Of a stretch of DNA of 64,000 nt, positions 57,544 through 64,000 are shown in pieces. Within the stretch, counting starts at the first letter, position 1. Each line of letters starts with the position of its first letter. The position numbers and the translations under genes were made by a program. The notes beneath the pieces were generated by a model that saw nothing but the letters and a program-made list of their open reading frames with translations, was not told where the DNA came from and did not search any database. The DNA comes from Candidatus Latescibacterota bacterium (GTDB lineage Bacteria > Latescibacterota > UBA2968 > UBA8231): assembly GCA_965204725.1 (NCBI GenBank), contig OZ242005.1, positions 2,656,001-2,720,000 on the forward strand, in the 5' to 3' direction.

Positions 57544-59853
57544 TCAGCCGGCCGCCTCTACGAGTTGACTTTCCTGCAAGGCGGCGACGACCCGGTCGGG
57601 ACTCATGGGCAGCTCGCCCAAGCGGTGCCCCAAGGCATCGTAGATGGCGTTGGCAATGGCGGCCATCGGCGGCACCAAGGGGACTTCGCCGACGCCGCGG
57701 ATTCCGTGCGGGCTGGCCGGATTGGGCACTTCGACCAGAATCGTCTCGATCAGGGGAATGTCAAAGGTGGTCGGCATCCGATAGTCGAGGAAGGTCGGGT
57801 TGGCCAACTGACCATCGTCCGTGTAGAAGTACCCCTCCGAAAGTGCCCAGCCAATCCCCTGCACGGCCCCGCCTTGGATCTGGCCCTCGACATAAGAGGG
57901 ATGAACGGCCTTGCCCACGTCTTGGACCGCGGTGTAGCGCAAAATTTCGACCTTGCCGGTGTCTGGATCGATCTCCACATCGACGATGTGAACGGCGAAT
58001 GCGTTGCCCGGGCCGCTGGCGTTGATCGTGCCCTTGCCGGTGATCGGGCCGCCGGTGCTGCCTTGGTTGGCCGCGACCTCCGCAAAGGTGAGCCGCAAAG
58101 CGGGATTGGATTTGCAGACAAAGCGGCCGTCCTGGAACTCAATGTCGTCCTCGGCCACCTCTAGCTGCTGCGCGGCACGCCGGCTCATCTCGGCCTTGAC
58201 GTCCTCGGCCGCGTTGTAGCAGGCGTGGCCGGTGGCATAGCACACGCGGCTGCCGCCGGTGCCGCCGGTGAAGCCAATTGAGCTGGTGTCTGGGATGGAG
58301 GGATTGATGTCCTCGGCCCGCAGCCCCAAGGTCTCGGCGACAATCATGGCCATGGCGGCGCGGCTGCCGCCGATGTCAACCGAGCCTTCGGTGAGGTTGA
58401 TCGTGCCGTTGTCGTTGACGGCAATGGCGGCCGAAGACATGCCGCCGCCGTTGAACCAAAAGCCACCGGCCACGCCGCGCCCCCGATAGGGGCCTTCGAG
58501 CTTGCTGTGGTAGTGCTCCGAGTCCTTGGCGGCTTGCACGGTCTCTTCGCAGCCGATCTGTCGGTACACCGTGCCGTCGGCGCGGCGCGTCCCCTCTTTG
58601 GCCGCATTCTTGAGCCGCATCTCCAGCGGGTCCATGCCGATTTTCTCGGCGAGCTCGTCGATGACGCTCTCGGAGGCAAAGGCCGCGTTGGGTGCCCCGG
58701 GCGCGCGGTAGGCCGAGGATTTGGGCTTGTTGACGACCACGTCGTATGCGTCGATGGTGACGTTGGCAATGTTGTACGGCGCGAGGATGCACTGGGCGCC
58801 GGCCCCCACGGCCGAGCCGGGATAGGCCCCGGCCTCGTAGGCCATGTAGCAGTGGGCCGCGGTGATGGTGCCGTCGTTTTTGGCCCCCATCTTAACCTTG
58901 ATGTAGGAGCCGGGGGCCGGGCCAGTCCCCTGAAAGACCTCGGTGCGGCTCATGATCATTTTGACCGGCTGACCTGTTTTGTGCGACATAATGGCCGCGG
59001 CCGGCTCCATGTAGATAGGAAACTTGCCGCCGAAGCCACCGCCGATTTCGCAGGGGATAACCTTGACCTTGGAGACCGGAACGTTGAGGACTTCCGCCAC
59101 CTGCGAGCGGATCTCAAACGGCCCTTGCGTACTCACCCACACGGTGACGCTGCCGTCGTTTTTCCACCAGACGGTCGTGTTGTGCGGCTCGATGTAGCCT
59201 TGGTGAATGGTGGCCGTGTGAAATTCGCGCTCGACGATCGCGTCGGCCTCGGCCAAGCCCGCTTCGAGATTGCCCATGGCGTGCTGATTGTGGGAGGCGA
59301 TATTGCTGTGCTTGCCCGTATCCTCGCCGAAGGCCCGCGTGGTGCGCCCTTCGTCGAGCAGCGGGGCGTCGTCGCGCATGGCTTCGCGGACATCGACGAC
59401 CGGCTCCAAGACCTTGTATTCGACCTCGATTAGGTCGAGGGCCTCTTCGGCGATGTGGGGGCTGACCGCGCAGACTGCGGCGACCGCGTGGCCCGTATAG
59501 AGCACCTTGTCTGAGGCCAGCGAGTTTTTGGCGATCTCGCGCACGTTCACGGTGGTTTCGCCGATGTTAGAGAGCTTATCTACGGTATCGACCAAATCGT
59601 CGGCCGTGGCCACGGCCCGCACTCCGTCGAGCGCGAGGGCCTTGGCGGTGTCAATCGAGAGAATCTCGGCGTGGGGATGCGGACTGCGGAGGACTTTGCC
59701 GTAGAGCAGGCCCGGCAAGCGCACGTCGGCCCCGTACACGGCCGCGCCGGTGACCTTATCGACGCCGTCGTGGCGGATGGGGCGGGTGCCGATGACCTTG
59801 TACTTGCCGTCGGCCGTGTAATTGGGATAGTCTTTGCTGGAAAAGGCAGCCAT
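57544..59853 (-). CDS. Xanthine dehydrogenase-family molybdopterin-binding large subunit
   Basis: KVTGAAVY, RSPHPHA, GGGFGGK, AYRAPG, GQIQGG, GVGE. Confidence 0.92.
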   Translation of the reverse strand: MAAFSSKDYPNYTADGKYKVIGTRPIRHDGVDKVTGAAVYGADVRLPGLLYGKVLRSPHPHAEILSIDTAKALALDGVRAVATADDLVDTVDKLSNIGETTVNVREIAKNSLASDKVLYTGHAVAAVCAVSPHIAEEALDLIEVEYKVLEPVVDVREAMRDDAPLLDEGRTTRAFGEDTGKHSNIASHNQHAMGNLEAGLAEADAIVEREFHTATIHQGYIEPHNTTVWWKNDGSVTVWVSTQGPFEIRSQVAEVLNVPVSKVKVIPCEIGGGFGGKFPIYMEPAAAIMSHKTGQPVKMIMSRTEVFQGTGPAPGSYIKVKMGAKNDGTITAAHCYMAYEAGAYPGSAVGAGAQCILAPYNIANVTIDAYDVVVNKPKSSAYRAPGAPNAAFASESVIDELAEKIGMDPLEMRLKNAAKEGTRRADGTVYRQIGCEETVQAAKDSEHYHSKLEGPYRGRGVAGGFWFNGGGMSSAAIAVNDNGTINLTEGSVDIGGSRAAMAMIVAETLGLRAEDINPSIPDTSSIGFTGGTGGSRVCYATGHACYNAAEDVKAEMSRRAAQQLEVAEDDIEFQDGRFVCKSNPALRLTFAEVAANQGSTGGPITGKGTINASGPGNAFAVHIVDVEIDPDTGKVEILRYTAVQDVGKAVHPSYVEGQIQGGAVQGIGWALSEGYFYTDDGQLANPTFLDYRMPTTFDIPLIETILVEVPNPASPHGIRGVGEVPLVPPMAAIANAIYDALGHRLGELPMSPDRVVAALQESQLVEAAG

Positions 59854-59947
59854 GAGGCCCTCCTTACCTTAAATGGATTAAATGTTTCAGGGCTTCTAAT
59901 TCGCTTTAATCTGAAGGCGATACCCTGCGGCGTCAAGTGAACCTCTG

Positions 59948-60652
59948 ATGACCATTGCTTGGGAAACCCCGGCGCGCTGGCCTCGGCTCAGCGCTGATGA
60001 AATCCACGTCTGGTGCGTCGAATTGGACGAGGCCGCCGATGCGACCGCGCTCGCGGCTTGTCTCAGCGCGGACGAGTGCGAGCGAGCGGGCGGTTTACCT
60101 TCCAGTTCCCATCGCCGACGCTTTGTGGCAGCGCGGGCCATGCTGCGTCAGCTCTTGGGACGCTACCTCGACCAAGAACCCAGCGCGGTGGTTTTTGCGC
60201 GTGGCGCGCACGGCAAGCCCTTTCTGCCCGAAGGGGGACTGCATTTCAACGTGTCCCATACCCACGGGTTGGCACTGTACGCGATAGCATCCGCTTGCGA
60301 GGTCGGCGTGGACGTGGAGTGGATGCGGCCCCAAGTCGCGCACGAGCGCATTGCGGCGCGCTTCTTTTCACCGGAGGAGCAGGCGATGCTGGCGCACGTG
60401 CCAGCCGAGGAGCGGCGGGCGGCCTTTTACCATATATGGACGCGCAAGGAAGCCTATCTCAAGGCGCGCGGCGACGGCCTAGCCGCTGGGCTTAGCACCT
60501 TTGCGGTATCGCTAGAAGCAGAGGCCCTTTTGCGCTCGGGCGAAGGGCGACGCTGGAAGTTGATCGCTTGGGAACCAGCCGACGGCTATGTCGCGGCTTT
60601 GTGCGGGGCGGGCGTGGATTGGCAAATGCGGGGCTGGTGCTGGCGGCCTTAG
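59948..60652 (+). CDS. 4'-phosphopantetheinyl transferase (Sfp type)
   Basis: HGKP, FNVSHT, VGVDVE, WTRKEAYLKA. Confidence 0.93.
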   Translation: MTIAWETPARWPRLSADEIHVWCVELDEAADATALAACLSADECERAGGLPSSSHRRRFVAARAMLRQLLGRYLDQEPSAVVFARGAHGKPFLPEGGLHFNVSHTHGLALYAIASACEVGVDVEWMRPQVAHERIAARFFSPEEQAMLAHVPAEERRAAFYHIWTRKEAYLKARGDGLAAGLSTFAVSLEAEALLRSGEGRRWKLIAWEPADGYVAALCGAGVDWQMRGWCWRP

Positions 60653-60753
60653 AAGCTGTCTGAAAACTCCGATGGTCGTCCTTTGCGTCTAAACGATCCC
60701 GTCTCTACGGCTTGTTCAACAGGACCCAAGGTGGGTTTTCAGATAGCCTCTTA
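60649..60753. mobile_element. ~100-bp MITE with 16-bp TIRs and TTA duplication
   Basis: TTA-GAAGCTGTCTGAAAAC ... GTTTTCAGATAGCCTC-TTA; second copy at 27949..28088. Confidence 0.85.
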
Positions 60754-61500
60754 GACGATCCGCTGCGAGACCACGCCGTGCAGATCCATCTCAAAGTCGA
60801 TACCTACAACCGGCGGCCGGGCGTAGTGCCAACAGACGCCGCCGCGCCGCGCCGCGCCCATCGTCGGCAGGAGAATTTCCGCGAGTATTTCGGCTAAGGG
60901 ATAGATGGTGTACACGTCGACCGCGTCGATCAGCACCCATGTCCCGCCGAGCCCGGCGAGCCGCTCGCTCATAACTTGCGCCACATAAGCGGCCTTCTCG
61001 CGCATGGCAGCGGGCGACGAATCGCCCGGGCGGATAATCCCCTCGGGCACGAGGCGACCGCCCCGCAACTCGCCAGCCCCGGCCACGATCAGGGTTTTGC
61101 GGTCGATCTGGTCGTTGGGAACCGCGTAGGAAAAGGCGTACAGCGAAGGCACGGCCGGCGGGTCGTACGCCGGCGCGACGTTGGTGCGGGCCACCGGATT
61201 GAGCTCATCTACGTACAAACCCCACGCCCGCAGGACGGCACAATAGTCGCGGTTGAAGTCGATGAACCCCTGCATGGTAAAGGGCGCGGGCGAGCGCAAC
61301 TCCATCGCGCAGAGCGCGGCGCGGTCACAGCCTTCGGCCGCCAGATGCGCCTCCACGCGCTCAAAGCCCGCTCGCCAAGGCAGCGGACCGGCGAGCGCGA
61401 CGCGCACGATCTCCCAGCCCGGCTCGGCGACGACGCCACAGGAATAGGGGTCAATGCCCCGCAGAAAGCGATAGTGTCCTTTGGGATGTGTAATCAGCAT
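60751..61500 (-). CDS. CnbZ-like (2-amino-5-chloromuconate deaminase-like) protein
   Basis: GHYRFLRGIDPYSCGV, CAMELRSPAPF, NPVARTNV, RPPVVGIDFEMD. Confidence 0.7.
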   Translation of the reverse strand: MLITHPKGHYRFLRGIDPYSCGVVAEPGWEIVRVALAGPLPWRAGFERVEAHLAAEGCDRAALCAMELRSPAPFTMQGFIDFNRDYCAVLRAWGLYVDELNPVARTNVAPAYDPPAVPSLYAFSYAVPNDQIDRKTLIVAGAGELRGGRLVPEGIIRPGDSSPAAMREKAAYVAQVMSERLAGLGGTWVLIDAVDVYTIYPLAEILAEILLPTMGAARRGGVCWHYARPPVVGIDFEMDLHGVVSQRIV

Positions 61501-61660
61501 GAATTTCAACGTCGGCCACAGGGGGCCTTGCGTCAAGACTTCTTTCTCGCTTGCCTCTATCCCCGCCGTGGAGGGCTTGCTCAGAAGGTCTTGGTATTTT
61601 ACTCTCCAATAGTGCGTTGCTTCCGATTTTATGCGTGATACGTGTATAGGATATTAGACT

Positions 61661-61870
61661 ATGCCAAGCGAAATAGTTTTTGAAGTTCACGAAGCAGAGG
61701 AGGGGGGCTACTACGCCGAGGCTGTAGGATGCGACATCATCACTCAAGCTGACTCGTGGGAAGCTCTGAAGCGAATGGTCCAAGATGCCGTGCTGTGCCA
61801 TTTCGACAGCGACTCGATACCCGGAACTTTCAGACTGCACTTGGTAAAAGACGAGGTCGTTGATGTGTGA
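61661..61870 (+). CDS. hicB: HicB-like antitoxin
   Basis: EIVFEVHEAEEGGYYAEA...ITQADSWEAL...DAVLCHF. Confidence 0.8.
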   Translation: MPSEIVFEVHEAEEGGYYAEAVGCDIITQADSWEALKRMVQDAVLCHFDSDSIPGTFRLHLVKDEVVDV

Positions 61871-62118
61871 TGCTCCCTAGGGACATGTCCGGTGATAAAC
61901 TGGTCCGACTCTTACAGCGTCGCTATGCTTATCGGGTCGTCCGGCAGAGGGGTAGCCATATACGGCTAGTTACCAACATAAAAGGGCCGGAACATCACGT
62001 ATCAATCCCGCGTCATAGCCAGCTAAAAGTTGGCACGTTGCACGTGATTTTATCTAGGGTTGCCGCGTATCTGGAAATCAGCCAATCTGAGTTGCGTCAA
62101 CAGCTATTTGGGTCTTAG
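61867..62118 (+). CDS. hicA: HicA toxin
   Basis: RQRGSHIRL, VSIPRH..LKVGTL; overlaps the upstream antitoxin stop. Confidence 0.88.
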   Translation: MMLPRDMSGDKLVRLLQRRYAYRVVRQRGSHIRLVTNIKGPEHHVSIPRHSQLKVGTLHVILSRVAAYLEISQSELRQQLFGS

Positions 62119-62164
62119 AAGCCGACGTGGATAGCTATTTTTCGATCTACGAGAGTAGAGTAAA

Positions 62165-63121
62165 ATGCCCTATAAAGTCTTAATCCGCTCGGAAATCGAA
62201 CCGTATCACACCATCATCCCCATGATCGAGGCCCACGCCGAGATCGTGCGCTGGAACCCGCTGCACCCGCAGCCTCCGGCCGCACTCCTCCGCACCATCG
62301 AAGGGGTGTACAACTACGGCCACTATGCCTTCACAGCCGCATACATGGATCTCATGCCCGAACTCCGCGTCATCAGCAACTTCGGCGTGGGCGTTGATCA
62401 CATTGACCTGCAAGCGGCCCAGGAGCGCGGCATCCCCGTAGGCAACACGCCCAACGTCCTCGACGGCGCGACGGCCGATATGACCTTCGCCCTCCTCTTG
62501 GCCGGTGCGCGCAACCTCATCCAAGGCGACCGCTTTGCGCACGGCCCGGATTTTGTGGCCTATGATCCGAGCTTCATGCTGGGGCAGGAGGTCCACCACC
62601 AAGTCCTCGGAATCATCGGGCTGGGCAGCATCGGCTACCAAGTAGCGCGCCGCGCCCTCGCCTTCGATATGACCGTCTTGTACCACAACCGGCGTCGCAA
62701 CCCCAAGGCCGAAGCCGACCTCAACGTGCGCTACGTCGAGCTCGACGAGCTGCTCCAGCAGGCGGATTTCGTGACCTTGAACATGCCGCTGACCGATCAG
62801 ACGCGGGGTATGATTGGTCAGCGCGAGTTGGGCCTGATGAAGCAATCGGCCGTGCTGGTAAACGCCGCGCGCGGGGGCGTCGTCGATCACGACGCGCTGT
62901 TGGCAACCCTACAAAGCGGCGGGATCCACGCAGCCGCCCTCGACGTGACCGAACCCGAACCCCTGCCCCGCGACCACCCCCTCCTAGCACTGGACAACCT
63001 CGTCGTCATACCCCACTTGGGCAGCGCGACTCACCAGACGCGCCAAGCCATGGCCGAGCGGTCGGTGGGCAACCTGCTGGCCGGGTTGGAGGGCCGCCAA
63101 CTTTTGAGCCGCATCGTTTAA
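62165..63121 (+). CDS. D-2-hydroxyacid dehydrogenase (glyoxylate/hydroxypyruvate reductase-like)
   Basis: GVGVDHID, NTPNVL, GLGSIG, NAARG, LDVTEPEP, PHLGSAT. Confidence 0.93.
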   Translation: MPYKVLIRSEIEPYHTIIPMIEAHAEIVRWNPLHPQPPAALLRTIEGVYNYGHYAFTAAYMDLMPELRVISNFGVGVDHIDLQAAQERGIPVGNTPNVLDGATADMTFALLLAGARNLIQGDRFAHGPDFVAYDPSFMLGQEVHHQVLGIIGLGSIGYQVARRALAFDMTVLYHNRRRNPKAEADLNVRYVELDELLQQADFVTLNMPLTDQTRGMIGQRELGLMKQSAVLVNAARGGVVDHDALLATLQSGGIHAAALDVTEPEPLPRDHPLLALDNLVVIPHLGSATHQTRQAMAERSVGNLLAGLEGRQLLSRIV

Positions 63122-63133
63122 TAAAGGAGCACA

Positions 63134-64000
63134 ATGAACGAGAATCACCACTACAAGGTCGTCATCGTCGGCTCGGGTCCGGCCGGACTGACCGCCGCCC
63201 TGTACGCGGCCCGAGCTGACCTCACGCCGCTGGTCCTAGAGGGCTTGCAGCCGGGCGGCCAGCTAACCATTACTACGGACGTAGAAAACTACCCAGGCTT
63301 TCCCGACGGCATCATGGGCCCCGAACTGGTCGATCAGATGCGCCAGCAGGCGCAACGCTTTGGTGCCGAGTGCAAGTTCGAGACGGTCGCCGCGGTCGAT
63401 CTGTCCAAGCGACCTTGGGCCGTCACAAGCGACGGCGGCCAGTACACCTGCGACGCCCTAATCATTGCCACCGGCGCGTCGGCACGCCTGCTCGGCTTGG
63501 AATCCGAGCGGCGGCTGATGGGGCACGGGGTCTCGGCCTGCGCCACCTGCGACGGCTTTTTCTTTCGCGACCAAGAGCTCGTCGTCGTCGGTGGCGGCGA
63601 CTCGGCCATGGAGGAAGGGACCTACCTGACGAAATTCGCCTCCAAGGTCACCATCGTCCACCGCCGCGCCGAGTTTCGCGCCTCCAAAATCATGCTCAAG
63701 CGCGCACAGGACAATGACAAGATCGACTTCGTGGTCAACGCCACCATCGCCGAAATTTTGCAAGCCGAGGGCGAGCGTGCGGTGCGCGGGGTGCTGCTGC
63801 GCGACACCCACACCGGCCAGACGCACGAGTTTTCCTGCGACGGCGTCTTCGTCGCCATCGGCCACGTGCCCAACTCCGAGCTTTTTAAGGGCGCGTTGGC
63901 CATGAACGAGCAGGGCTACATCCTCACCGAGCCGGATTCGACCGCGACCGCTATCCCCGGGGTTTTTGCCTGCGGCGACGTGCAAGACTCCGTGTACCGC
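63134..64000 (+). CDS. trxB: Thioredoxin reductase (runs off the window's right edge; not in ORF track)
   Basis: RBS AAGGAG; [51 protein letters not shown]. Confidence 0.95.
   Translation, partial: MNENHHYKVVIVGSGPAGLTAALYAARADLTPLVLEGLQPGGQLTITTDVENYPGFPDGIMGPELVDQMRQQAQRFGAECKFETVAAVDLSKRPWAVTSDGGQYTCDALIIATGASARLLGLESERRLMGHGVSACATCDGFFFRDQELVVVGGGDSAMEEGTYLTKFASKVTIVHRRAEFRASKIMLKRAQDNDKIDFVVNATIAEILQAEGERAVRGVLLRDTHTGQTHEFSCDGVFVAIGHVPNSELFKGALAMNEQGYILTEPDSTATAIPGVFACGDVQDSVYR

Noticed and set aside
57544-59853. Aerobic CO dehydrogenase CoxL
   Set aside because: Lacks AYxCSFR or AYRGAGR loops, and no coxMS genes are adjacent.
59948-60652. NRPS/PKS cluster implied by the Sfp-type PPTase
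   Set aside because: No carrier-protein or synthase genes in the window.

Overview
GC-rich bacterial chromosomal window with no rRNA, tRNA or CRISPR array recognised. The content (ankyrin, HEAT and NHL repeat proteins, enolase-superfamily and AKR sugar-acid enzymes, Rpn and PD-(D/E)XK nucleases, TA modules) resembles uncultured marine or sponge-associated lineages, which is inference only. The housekeeping and metabolic backbone includes rarA, dsbD, gnd, pgi, addAB, msrA, yciH, a Mn/Zn/Fe ABC operon, a Mo-hydroxylase large subunit, a PPTase and trxB. Three accessory loci stand out. (1) 0.7-4.9 kb: a tandem array of Ser/Thr kinase-TM-(EQAALEKQRR)12-ankyrin units. One copy is complete; the others survive as kinase stubs, a free-standing ankyrin cassette and a collapsed ankyrin remnant, next to an Rpn-like nuclease. 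(2) 30.2-39.2 kb: a decaying defence island with a type III res lacking its ATPase half, an intact Schlafen/AlbA_2-HATPase protein with an unusual beta-rich C-terminus, two orphan hicB genes, vapBC, a broken mod, two IS630 elements, a truncated OLD nuclease and an hsdS scar. (3) 46.7-50.3 kb: two AAA-ATPase/PD-(D/E)XK genes in exact 1788-bp units delimited by three copies of a 16-bp direct repeat, with divergence concentrated in one segment. Several small MITEs of different TIR types carry REP-like hairpins. All family calls come from motif recognition by eye; no database searches were run.
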